NCBI GenBank assembly: GCA_965658675.1
Contig: CBFHTT010000013.1
Coordinates: 158,016 to 222,015 of the forward strand
Source of the DNA: Limisphaerales bacterium
GTDB lineage: Bacteria; Verrucomicrobiota; Verrucomicrobiia; Limisphaerales; CAZKNW01
Length of the DNA: 64,000 nucleotides
Direction of reading: 5' to 3'
A program made the translations under genes and the position numbers. The notes under the pieces are model-generated. The model saw only the letters and a program-made list of their open reading frames with translations. It was not told where the DNA came from and did no database searches. Of this stretch, positions 8,769 through 17,817 are shown piece by piece (position 1 is the first letter of the stretch; every line of letters begins with the position of its first letter).

Positions 8769-10310
8769 ATGCTTCGCATTCTAACCGTATTCTTCCTGAC
8801 GCTATTGTCGGTTCATGCTGCGTCTCGTCCCAATATACTGTTTATCATTGCTGACGATGCTTCACGTGAAAGTTTTGGGGCTTATGGCAGCACTTATGTA
8901 AAGACTCCTGGGTTTGATCGAATCGCAAGAGAGGGAGTCCTGTTTTCCCAAGCATACAATTGCAATCCCAAGTGCGCTCCCGCTCGTGCCTGCTTGTTGA
9001 CTGGGCGCTATTCCTGGCAGTTGGAGGAAGCGTGTAACCACAATCCAGTGCTTTCGGACAAGTGGAAGTTCTTTCCGTATTTGTTGGAGGACAAGGGCTA
9101 CAAAATTGGCTACACCGGAAAGGGATGGGGCCCCGGAGTTTGGAAGGGAAATGATGCCAGCCGTGGAGCAGCAAAAGATAATCCAGCAGGCCATCCCTAC
9201 AACGATAAGCGAATGAAGCCGCCTTACGCTGGGATCGCAAACTACGATTACGCCGGTAACTTTGAAGTCTTTCTCAATGAGGTGAAGGAGGAGCCGTTCT
9301 GCTTCTGGCTTGGAACCAAGGAACCACACAGGGGCTATGGCTTGGACAACTGGAAGAAAGACGGCCGGAATCTCGCTGATGTTACCGTTCCTTCATACTA
9401 CCCGGACAATGAAGTGATCCGGGGTGATCTGGCGGACTATGCGATAGAGGTGGAGTGGTACGACAAACACATCGTAAGAGCTCTAGAGTATTTGAAGGCT
9501 TCCGGAAAGTTGGACAATACGTTGATCATTGCGACTTCTGATCACGGTATGCCATTCCCACGTGTGAAAGGTCAGATTTACGACGATGGTTTTCATATTC
9601 CGTTTGCTGTGCGTTGGGGTAACAAGATCAAGGCAGGGCGAACGGTGACTGACTTCATTACATTTCCTGATCTGGCTCCTACCTTGATGGAAGTTGCAGG
9701 TGTGGACCTTCATCCACAAATGACGGGGCAGAGCTTTCTTCCTCAGTTGTTGTCAAAGAAGTCCGGTAGGATTGATGTTGAACGTGATCACACGTTGCTT
9801 GGAAAGGAGCGGCACGATATCGGTAGGTCTGATGGTGACTTATTGTCGGTTGCATATCCTGCGCGGGCCATCAGGAATGACCGCTTTCTTTACGTTCGAA
9901 ATTTCGCCCCTCATCGCTGGCCGGTAGGTGATCCGAAATATGGATTCAAAAACTGCGATGGATCACCCACCAAGTCATACCTTACCGGGCTGTCGATGGG
10001 ATCACCTGAGTATCGTTTTTACGAAATGAGTTTTGGTAAACGCCCGGCCGAGGAACTCTATGACATGACCGCAGATCCAGACTGCGTTCGGAATCTGGCC
10101 GATAAGGCATCGCATGCGGCGTTGAAGCTCAAGCTATGGGAACAGCTTGAGAGTGAGCTAAAGGCTCAAGGTGATCCACGTGTGTTGGGCAAAGGGGAGA
10201 TCTTCGATTACTACCCTTACAGCAAAAGAGCTGCTGAGATTAAGGCATACGGGGATCCTGATTACGACCCGGTTCCAGCATTTGAAGCCAAGTTTGGTAA
10301 AGGAAAATAG
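8769..10310 (+). CDS. S1 sulfatase (sulfamidase/heparan N-sulfatase-like), secreted
   Basis: PNILFIIADD, CAPARACLLTG, GKGWGPG, EPHR, SDHGMPFPR.K. Confidence 0.9.
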   Translation: MLRILTVFFLTLLSVHAASRPNILFIIADDASRESFGAYGSTYVKTPGFDRIAREGVLFSQAYNCNPKCAPARACLLTGRYSWQLEEACNHNPVLSDKWKFFPYLLEDKGYKIGYTGKGWGPGVWKGNDASRGAAKDNPAGHPYNDKRMKPPYAGIANYDYAGNFEVFLNEVKEEPFCFWLGTKEPHRGYGLDNWKKDGRNLADVTVPSYYPDNEVIRGDLADYAIEVEWYDKHIVRALEYLKASGKLDNTLIIATSDHGMPFPRVKGQIYDDGFHIPFAVRWGNKIKAGRTVTDFITFPDLAPTLMEVAGVDLHPQMTGQSFLPQLLSKKSGRIDVERDHTLLGKERHDIGRSDGDLLSVAYPARAIRNDRFLYVRNFAPHRWPVGDPKYGFKNCDGSPTKSYLTGLSMGSPEYRFYEMSFGKRPAEELYDMTADPDCVRNLADKASHAALKLKLWEQLESELKAQGDPRVLGKGEIFDYYPYSKRAAEIKAYGDPDYDPVPAFEAKFGKGK

Positions 10311-10328
10311 AAGGCGTTGCCAATCTGA

Positions 10329-10970
10329 TTAGGAAGGTGCTTGGCACTGATCGCATAGGAGCGAGAGGTCCTTGGTGATGACTGCGTGTTTGCTGCAGAT
10401 GGACTCACCGCATTGCTGGCAGACTTCGTTTGTTGAAGCATCGCAACGCGCACAAGTGTGTGTCCTTTTGCTGAGGAAGAATTTCACGAAACGCTGATCG
10501 AAATTTGGATGAATGAGTTCCAGAGGCGATCGCTTGTAGATGAATGTGATGAGTAGAACCAATGCCAGGCTGAGCCACACAAACATGTGATTGATCGGAT
10601 GCCAAAGAGGAAAAGCAGAGGGGCTTCCATACATCTTGTCTGATAATGGCCAACAGAGAGCGATGGGCATTTTCGAGAAGAAGTAGTCGCTGAGGATGTG
10701 TAACCAGAAAGCAAGTTGAGTGAAGAGGAACGTCTTTGTTCGATGTCGGCTGCTGATGAATGACGCAAGGATTGAAAAGCCGAGGCCAAAGAAGAGATTG
10801 TGGGTCCAAACGTGATGGTATCTTGAATACCAATTGGAGCCCAAGAGATAGGTGGCTGCATCCAGATCAGGAAGCAATCCGGCGAGCGTTACCTGAATCC
10901 GAAAACGTCGATCTGCTTTGACTGGTTGAGCGATCAGCCAGCCGATGGCTGTATGGACTTCGGAATACAT
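10329..10970 (-). CDS. YdjM/DUF457-type membrane metal-dependent hydrolase with C-terminal zinc finger
   Basis: N-terminal H, LPDLD, HH..THN and H...D motifs; C-terminus CxxC-x7-CxxC-x4-CxxH-x10-CxxC. Confidence 0.75.
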   Translation of the reverse strand: MYSEVHTAIGWLIAQPVKADRRFRIQVTLAGLLPDLDAATYLLGSNWYSRYHHVWTHNLFFGLGFSILASFISSRHRTKTFLFTQLAFWLHILSDYFFSKMPIALCWPLSDKMYGSPSAFPLWHPINHMFVWLSLALVLLITFIYKRSPLELIHPNFDQRFVKFFLSKRTHTCARCDASTNEVCQQCGESICSKHAVITKDLSLLCDQCQAPS

Positions 10971-11030
10971 AAGCGTGTTTATGTGGGGTCACACAAACAC
11001 GCCTATATACAAAAAGTTGTAGATTGGAAA

Positions 11031-12494
11031 CTAGCTGATGATTTTGGAGATTGGTTCTGCTCCCTCGACTCCGACCAATCGATGGTCGAGTCCACCATGG
11101 AAGTAGCTCAAGGCATCGGGCTCAAATCCCAATTGATGCAGCATGGTGGCGTGAAGGTGTTTCACATGGAATCGGTCTTCAACAGCTGCCGCGCCCAATT
11201 CGTCCGTCTGTCCAACGCTCGTGCCACCTTTGATCCCACCGCCGGCCATCCACATGGTGAATCCGTAGGCGTTGTGATCGCGTCCGGTTCCGTTTGCGTA
11301 TTCTGCAGTTGGTTGACGACCGAACTCACCACCCCAGATCACAAGTGTTTCATCGAGAAGGCCTCTTTGTTTGAGATCAGCCAATAATCCGGCAATTGGT
11401 TTGTCTGTGTTGCCGGCATGGTAGTTGTGGTTCTTCTCCAGATCGCCGTGGGCGTCCCAGTTGGCATCGTTGTGATTGCCTCCTGAATAGATTTGGATGA
11501 ATCGGACACCGCGTTCAACAAGACGGCGTGCGAGGACACATTTTTTTCCGAAATCCTGAGTGCGATCTTGATCGAGCCCGTAGAGCGATTTGATGTGCTC
11601 TGGTTCGTCTTCCAGATCGACAGCCTCAGGCGCAGCGGTCTGCATCTTGAAGGCCAGTTCATAGCTTGCGATACGGGCTGCGAGATCGCTGTTGTCGACT
11701 CGGGCGGCAAGATGTTGCGAATTGAAGCGGTTCATCTGAGTGATCAGTTCACGCTGTTGTTCCGCATTCATGTTGCGATGATTTTTCAGATCGAGAATCG
11801 GTGTTCCCTTGGACCGGAAGACGACTCCCTGATAGCTCGCTGGCATGAAACCACTGGACCAGTTCTTGGCTCCACTGATCGGGCCGCCAGTGGGATCAAG
11901 CATCACGACGTAGCCGGGAAGGTCCTGATTATCAGAGCCCAAACCGTAATTTACCCATGAACCCAAGGTCGGCTTTCCGCTTAGGAGGTTGCCTGAATTC
12001 ATCATGAGCATGGCTGATCCGTGAATCGGTGAGTCCGCAGTCATGCTGTGGATGAATGAGATGTCGTCCACATGTTCAGCCAGATTTGGAAAGAGAGAGG
12101 AAACGTGCTTACCGCACTGACCGTATTGCTTGAAGTCCCACTTGTTACCCACGACGCGCCCCTGGCTCTTGTGGCCTCCGCGACCAAAGGTCTTCACGTC
12201 GATGGTCTTGCCATCGAGTGGGGCGAGATCTGGCTTGTAGTCGAAGGTGTCTACATGGCTGGGACCTCCGTACATGAAGAGAAAGATTACACTCTTGGCC
12301 TTGGGGGCGAAGTGCGGTTTCTTGGGTGCAAGTGGACTCGCAAACGGAGTGACTCCATCGGCCGCTACGGCTTGATTGCCGAGGAATCCGTCCTGGAGCA
12401 ACATGCCGGTCAGAGCCGCTGATGTGAATCCTCCGCCCATGTTGTGGAGGAAGTCGCGCCGGGTGCGTCCGCAAAATGTATTCTGTGGTTTCAT
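11031..12494 (-). CDS. DUF1501 protein with Tat signal (PVC-typical)
   Basis: RRDFL twin-arginine motif, AKSVIFLFMYGGPSHVDTFDYKP, ARRLVERGVRFIQ, WDAH, GEFGR, GRDHN. Start placed at MKPQN (12494). Confidence 0.9.
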   Translation of the reverse strand: MKPQNTFCGRTRRDFLHNMGGGFTSAALTGMLLQDGFLGNQAVAADGVTPFASPLAPKKPHFAPKAKSVIFLFMYGGPSHVDTFDYKPDLAPLDGKTIDVKTFGRGGHKSQGRVVGNKWDFKQYGQCGKHVSSLFPNLAEHVDDISFIHSMTADSPIHGSAMLMMNSGNLLSGKPTLGSWVNYGLGSDNQDLPGYVVMLDPTGGPISGAKNWSSGFMPASYQGVVFRSKGTPILDLKNHRNMNAEQQRELITQMNRFNSQHLAARVDNSDLAARIASYELAFKMQTAAPEAVDLEDEPEHIKSLYGLDQDRTQDFGKKCVLARRLVERGVRFIQIYSGGNHNDANWDAHGDLEKNHNYHAGNTDKPIAGLLADLKQRGLLDETLVIWGGEFGRQPTAEYANGTGRDHNAYGFTMWMAGGGIKGGTSVGQTDELGAAAVEDRFHVKHLHATMLHQLGFEPDALSYFHGGLDHRLVGVEGAEPISKIIS

Positions 12495-12520
12495 GTTGTG
12501 AGTGCGGTTTAAGAATGGTG

Positions 12521-15118
12521 TCAGTCGAGGAATACGAATTCGTTCAGGTTCAAGGTGAGGAGGCAGAATCGCTCGAGTGCCTGATGCTCGGTGAGTGAGA
12601 ACTTCTTCTTCATGTCGCGGACTACTTCCGCTCCTTGTTTGATCTCTTCGGCCGTAGCTTGGCGGGAGAAGGCAAGAGAGAAGGCCTTGGTAATCTGCGC
12701 CTCGAGATCGGGGCCGCATTCTTTCTCCAAGCGGTTCGCGAGAGTCTCAGCCATGTCGTTCATAAACTTGCTGTTCAGCATGGTCAGAGACTGGGTGGGA
12801 ACGGTGGTGGCAAAGCGGACAGCGCAGGTGGAATCAGTGTCTGGTGAGTCGAATGACTTGAGGAACGGCTCTGCCAGTGACCGTTTCAGGTAGACGTAGG
12901 CGCTGCGACGATTCTGATCTTCTTCGGAAGATTTCCCCCATGCTTGTCCGGGACGGGAAGCGGTGGCCAATACTTCAGGAGGCATCTCAGTGTAGATTGG
13001 TTTACCGCCCATCTTGAGGTTTAACTTTCCGGTCAGACTAAGAATCGAGTCGCGAATTTCCTCAGCTGTCAGTCGACGAATGTCAAAACGCCAGATGAGG
13101 TCGTTTCTGGGATCCTTTCCAAACTTCGAATCATTGGCCTTGGAAGACATCTGATAGGTATTGGACAACATGATCTGACGATGCAGTGTCTTCAGGCTCC
13201 AGCCGTTCTTGATGAGATAGCTTGCGAGCCAATCAAGTAATTCGGGATGGGTAGGGCGTTCACCGATCTGGCCGAAGTCGGATGAAGATCGAACGATGCC
13301 TCTTCCGAAATGATACTGCCAAACCCGATTGGCAATGACCCGTGCGGTCAGAGGATTGTCTGGGCGGGTGAGCCACTCGGCCAATGCCTTACGTCTACCT
13401 GATGTTGTAGCGTTGGGTGCAGGCTCAGGAATAACAGGGTCTTGAAAGCCCAAGACCTGAGGGAATCCAGGTTGAACAAGGTCTCCTTTGACGTGGGCAT
13501 TCCCACGAATCAAGAGATGGGTGTCAGGAGCCTTGCGTCCGTTCTCCTTGATGTAGAGCGCTCTGGCAAGTGGTGGCACTTTCTCTTTCTTGAGCTGTTC
13601 AAATTCTTTGACCAGCTTCTGGTAGTTGCGTCGTTCCTTTGGCCCTAGGACGTCTCTTAGTTTGATCTGTATGAGTTTGAGGCGCGTCTCTTCGTCTTCC
13701 GCATCTTCCTTTTCTGGGTTGTTGAACGTGGCTTCAATCCGCTTCTCATATGCGCGGATCTTGGATTCGAGATCTTTGTTCTGACGTTTCAGTTCGGCGA
13801 GCTTGCGTCTGTGGTCTGCCTTCTCTTGCTCGGATGCGATGACGACGGTTGTGTTCAGCGTGAATGCGGTTTTCTCGTATTTCTTCTGCTGGATGTTGTT
13901 CAACGTATTGTGGAAGAAAGCCATCAGGCGGTAGTAGTCAGCCTGTGGAATAGGATCGATCTTATGACTATGGCAACGAGCACAGTTGACCGTGAGTCCC
14001 ATAAAGACCTGGCTGGTTGTTCCAACGACGTCATCTAGGTAATCGTAGTAGGCTTGGTCAGGGTCCGCTGGTTCATCATCCCAAATGCCAAGGCGTTGGT
14101 AACCAGTGGCGATCAGCGATTCAGGAGTAGGATTGTCAATTTCGTCGCCGGCCAATTGTTCCGTAAGGAACTGGTCGTAGGGTTTGTCCATGTTGAAGGC
14201 GTTGATGACGTAGTCACGATAACGCCAGACTTCCGGTTTGGGGTTGTCGCGTTCGTAGCCATTGGTGTCTGCGTAGTGCACCAGATCCAGCCAGTGGCGT
14301 CCCCATTTGACTCCATATTGAGGTGAGGAAAGCAGGTGGGTAATGACTTTCTTCCACGCATCGCGTGATGTGTCGTTTTGAAATGCCTTCACCTCAGCGG
14401 GCGTTGGAGGGAGTCCAATCAGGTCATAGTATGCGCGGCGAATCAACTGCTGACGTGAGGCGGGATCATTTGGAGTCAGGCCTGCGGAATCGAGTTTGTT
14501 GAGAATGAAGGCATCAATTGGATTCTTCGACCAAGTCGCATTTGATGTCTTGGGCAGCTTGGGATTGGTGATCTTTCTAAAGGCCCAGTAGTTGCGCGTC
14601 TCGTCATTGATCTTGTTTTTGAATTTGGGGCTTTCGTGGTGATCGTCGTTTCCCGCGATCTCTCGGGCAGGATTGTAAGGTGCTCCCGCCGCGATCCATT
14701 CATTGAGGAGTTTGATCTCCTCGTCCTTGAGTTTGCCTTTGGGAGGCATCTCGTGATGCTCATCCTTGTAGCTGATCATTTCTAGCAGAACGCTGTCTGC
14801 CGGATTGGAAGTGTTGATGGCAGGGCCGCGATCAGCACCTTTGAGAAGTCCTTCACGCGAGGTGAGTCGGAATCCTCCTTTGAGTGATTTGCCGGCGCCG
14901 TGACATTTGTAGCAATTCTTCTCGAGAATCGGGTGGATCTTGGAATCGAAGAACGCGATGGAAGACTTGTCCTCTGGACTGGCAGCTTGGGCTGTGGAGC
15001 CATTGAGACCCAAGAAGATGAGGATAGTGAAAAATATCGTTTTTCCACATGCTTTCCAGATTCGAGAAACGGCTGGTGACTCGATCTCTACTAGCTCTGA
15101 CTGAAAGTCTTTTGTCAT
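12521..15118 (-). CDS. Planctomycete cytochrome c + DUF1549 (PSCyt2) + DUF1553 (PSD1) protein
   Basis: CYKCH and CARCH heme motifs, NPIDAFI, LIRRAYYDLIGLPPT, WGRHWLD, NPLTARVIANRVWQYHFGRG, LNLNEFVFLD. Confidence 0.92.
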   Translation of the reverse strand: MTKDFQSELVEIESPAVSRIWKACGKTIFFTILIFLGLNGSTAQAASPEDKSSIAFFDSKIHPILEKNCYKCHGAGKSLKGGFRLTSREGLLKGADRGPAINTSNPADSVLLEMISYKDEHHEMPPKGKLKDEEIKLLNEWIAAGAPYNPAREIAGNDDHHESPKFKNKINDETRNYWAFRKITNPKLPKTSNATWSKNPIDAFILNKLDSAGLTPNDPASRQQLIRRAYYDLIGLPPTPAEVKAFQNDTSRDAWKKVITHLLSSPQYGVKWGRHWLDLVHYADTNGYERDNPKPEVWRYRDYVINAFNMDKPYDQFLTEQLAGDEIDNPTPESLIATGYQRLGIWDDEPADPDQAYYDYLDDVVGTTSQVFMGLTVNCARCHSHKIDPIPQADYYRLMAFFHNTLNNIQQKKYEKTAFTLNTTVVIASEQEKADHRRKLAELKRQNKDLESKIRAYEKRIEATFNNPEKEDAEDEETRLKLIQIKLRDVLGPKERRNYQKLVKEFEQLKKEKVPPLARALYIKENGRKAPDTHLLIRGNAHVKGDLVQPGFPQVLGFQDPVIPEPAPNATTSGRRKALAEWLTRPDNPLTARVIANRVWQYHFGRGIVRSSSDFGQIGERPTHPELLDWLASYLIKNGWSLKTLHRQIMLSNTYQMSSKANDSKFGKDPRNDLIWRFDIRRLTAEEIRDSILSLTGKLNLKMGGKPIYTEMPPEVLATASRPGQAWGKSSEEDQNRRSAYVYLKRSLAEPFLKSFDSPDTDSTCAVRFATTVPTQSLTMLNSKFMNDMAETLANRLEKECGPDLEAQITKAFSLAFSRQATAEEIKQGAEVVRDMKKKFSLTEHQALERFCLLTLNLNEFVFLD

Positions 15119-15160
15119 TTTTACTGGGTAATTGATGGGTTGAGTCTAAAACCAATCCCA

Positions 15161-16009
15161 ATGCAGGCAATGGTGGAAACGCACGAAAAACTATCTGAAA
15201 CCCACATACTGGGTGACGACACGAAAGAATGGCAGATAAGCGCAGAGGATTGTCCGGCACTAAAAGGTTTTCATATCAAGCACGTAGGCGTCGCCGATGC
15301 GGCGGTTCCTTACAGGATGGTGCGTCAGCGATTGGCTGGTGTCTACCTTTTGGCGTGTCTGGGCGGTGAAGGAGAGTTGCTGTTGGATGGTCGGTGGCAA
15401 CGTTGTCGAGAGGGTATGGCCTGTATAGCACCCCGCCATGTGATGCATGCCTTTCATGCGGTGGAAGGAGTGCGATGGAAATTTTGTTGGGTGCGATATC
15501 AGCAGCCGAACGAACAACGCCCAATGGTGTCTGCTCAATCGCCAGTCATGGCGCAGTTCAGAGCAGAGGCGTTGGAGGCCGCCATCATGGGCCTCTGGCA
15601 TGAGATGCAGGACTCCAAGGATGCGAGTGCGATCCATCATTGGACACGGTTGATCGATGGATACGTAAAACGTTTTTCAGAACCGTGGCAACAGGATGAC
15701 CGGCTATGGAAGTTGTGGCAGGAGGTAGGGCAGGCCTTGGGGGAAGAGTGGAATCTCGACCGGTTATCCCGAATCTCTTTCTACAGTGCTGAGCATCTTA
15801 GGCGGATATGTCTAAGTGAACTGGGAAGAAGTCCCATGCGGCATGTCACGTTCCTAAGAATGCAACGGGCAAGCGAATTGCTGGAAACTACCAATGACAC
15901 GATCGAATCCATTGCTCAGGAGGTGGGTTACAAGAATCCCTTTGTCTTCTCAAATACGTTCAAGAAATGGACAGGCAGAAGACCCTCTGCCTTCAGGCGG
16001 AATGCATGA
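15161..16009 (+). CDS. AraC family transcriptional regulator
   Basis: Cupin-like N-domain and C-terminal double HTH (LRMQRASELL...IAQEVGYKNPFVFSNTFKKWTGRRPS). Divergent from the PSD1 gene. Start uncertain (15140/15161/15170). Confidence 0.88.
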   Translation: MQAMVETHEKLSETHILGDDTKEWQISAEDCPALKGFHIKHVGVADAAVPYRMVRQRLAGVYLLACLGGEGELLLDGRWQRCREGMACIAPRHVMHAFHAVEGVRWKFCWVRYQQPNEQRPMVSAQSPVMAQFRAEALEAAIMGLWHEMQDSKDASAIHHWTRLIDGYVKRFSEPWQQDDRLWKLWQEVGQALGEEWNLDRLSRISFYSAEHLRRICLSELGRSPMRHVTFLRMQRASELLETTNDTIESIAQEVGYKNPFVFSNTFKKWTGRRPSAFRRNA

Positions 16010-16060
16010 GGCGTGGGTTGTTTCTCGCTCTTGTTCTGCCTATGTTCGGCCTGTTTCCGA

Positions 16061-17815
16061 ATGAGAATTCTCTTCGTCGTATTTCTGGGATTGTTGGGTG
16101 CGTTCAATGGACGTGCCTTTGTCTTGGATTTGAATTCAAGCGCCCAACCGTTTCTCTGGAGTATCGATAATCCGTCGGTGTCTATTCCCGAAAGCTCCTT
16201 CAATCGTAATACTGGAGCCATTCGTTATTACATTGGTTCTGATACCTATTCGGTGACCAACCATTCTGCTGAGGTAAATGCGGTCCGAGCTTCCTTCGAT
16301 CAGTGGCAGACGGTTCCTGGAACCGAGGTGAAGTTTGAGTATGAGGGATTGTTGGGTGGGATTCCTCAGGTGGATTTTGAGGATGGCACCAATGTCGTGT
16401 TCTGGATCACGCAGTCGACCCTTGTAAACAATGGCGCTCCCTCGGGAGGGATGGTGGACATGAGTGGCGTGCTTGCCTTTGCCTTTCCAAAGGCAGTTGA
16501 TGGAACGACCGAATTGAGGGAGTGCGACATCGTCATCAATGGCGTCGATTTCGAGTGGTTTACTGATCGGGTGACGCCTCGCAGTGATGGTTTCCTGATT
16601 GAAGGTACGGTTGTTCATGAGATCGGGCATCTACTTGGGCTTTCCCATTCGACATTGGGATCTGCCACCATGTATTGGACTGGGCAGAGAGGAAACAGGA
16701 CACAGCAGGCGGGACTCTCCAGCGATGAGATCTCGTTGATGCAGGGGCTCTATGGTGATGGGAGTTTGTCAGCGAACCTTGGGACTGTTGATGGACGAGT
16801 AACGGTAAATGGGTTTGGCTTATATGGAGGCGCCGTGATTTTGGAGGATTTGGATGGCAATGCTGTTGCTGGAACCCTCACAGACGCCATGGGCGATTAT
16901 TCACTGACGGGGATTCCTGCTGGTAGCTATCAAATTAGAGCAGACCCATTGGATCCATCCTTTGGAAATGTGTTGATCAACGGTTCGCGGATCTCGACGG
17001 ACTACAGCTCTGCCAACGTGAATTTTTCAGCCAACGCCCCAACGCCTGTTGCGGTTACAGGAGCGCAGGTTACGACAAAGAATATGTCGGTTGTCTCAGG
17101 TAGCACTGGATTTCATATCAGTCATATCCTTCCCAATGGAGGAGGTAATCCTAGAACGGCGGCGACCCAGGTGAATCCGGTGGAAGAATCTATTTTGATT
17201 GGAGTTGCATTGCCGTTTGGAATGACTTCACAGACGACTTTGGAGGTAGGAGGGACAGGTGTCAGTGTTGGTGCAACCGGTTTGAATACGAGTACCTTTT
17301 CCGGGTTTTCGTTTCTTACGGCTGTCCTCGACATTCAACCCGACGCCGCGCCTGGAATGCGAAGCCTGATAGTTAAAGAAGGAACCGATACAGTCTACGC
17401 CAACGGGTTCCTTGAAATCCGTGGAGAGTTCGAGGATTATAATTTTGATGGCTTGGACGATGATTTTCAACGTAGCCATTTCTCCCTATGGACGGCAGAC
17501 GAAGCAGCACCCAACAATGATCCGGATAGGGATCAGTTTCCCAACAACCATGAGGCCATGGCTGGAACGGACCCAAACAATACTGCGTCTTTTCTTCAGC
17601 TGGAGGAGGTGGTGGTGACTCTGGTAAATACGATAGTTCGTTGGCAGTCTGTCGCAGGCAGAACTTACCAGTTATTCAGTCGCGATATGATCGAAGGCAG
17701 CCCCTGGCAGAGTGTCGGAGGAATGGTTACAGCAGTGGGAGGGCAGGCCGAGGCGGTTGATCCAACAGCCGGTGGAACTGCGCGTTTCTATCGAGTGCAG
17801 GTGGTTTCACCATAG
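16061..17815 (+). CDS. Secreted matrixin-like (metzincin) zinc metalloprotease + carboxypeptidase-regulatory-like/Ig domains + RFYR C-terminal module
   Basis: Signal peptide MRILFVVFLGLLGAFNGRA, HEIGHLLGLSH zinc motif with Met-turn (ATMY), TDAMGDYSLTGIPAGSYQI, and C-terminal DPDRD..PN..E..AGTDP...RFYRV. Confidence 0.8.
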   Translation: MRILFVVFLGLLGAFNGRAFVLDLNSSAQPFLWSIDNPSVSIPESSFNRNTGAIRYYIGSDTYSVTNHSAEVNAVRASFDQWQTVPGTEVKFEYEGLLGGIPQVDFEDGTNVVFWITQSTLVNNGAPSGGMVDMSGVLAFAFPKAVDGTTELRECDIVINGVDFEWFTDRVTPRSDGFLIEGTVVHEIGHLLGLSHSTLGSATMYWTGQRGNRTQQAGLSSDEISLMQGLYGDGSLSANLGTVDGRVTVNGFGLYGGAVILEDLDGNAVAGTLTDAMGDYSLTGIPAGSYQIRADPLDPSFGNVLINGSRISTDYSSANVNFSANAPTPVAVTGAQVTTKNMSVVSGSTGFHISHILPNGGGNPRTAATQVNPVEESILIGVALPFGMTSQTTLEVGGTGVSVGATGLNTSTFSGFSFLTAVLDIQPDAAPGMRSLIVKEGTDTVYANGFLEIRGEFEDYNFDGLDDDFQRSHFSLWTADEAAPNNDPDRDQFPNNHEAMAGTDPNNTASFLQLEEVVVTLVNTIVRWQSVAGRTYQLFSRDMIEGSPWQSVGGMVTAVGGQAEAVDPTAGGTARFYRVQVVSP

Positions 17816-17817
17816 GA

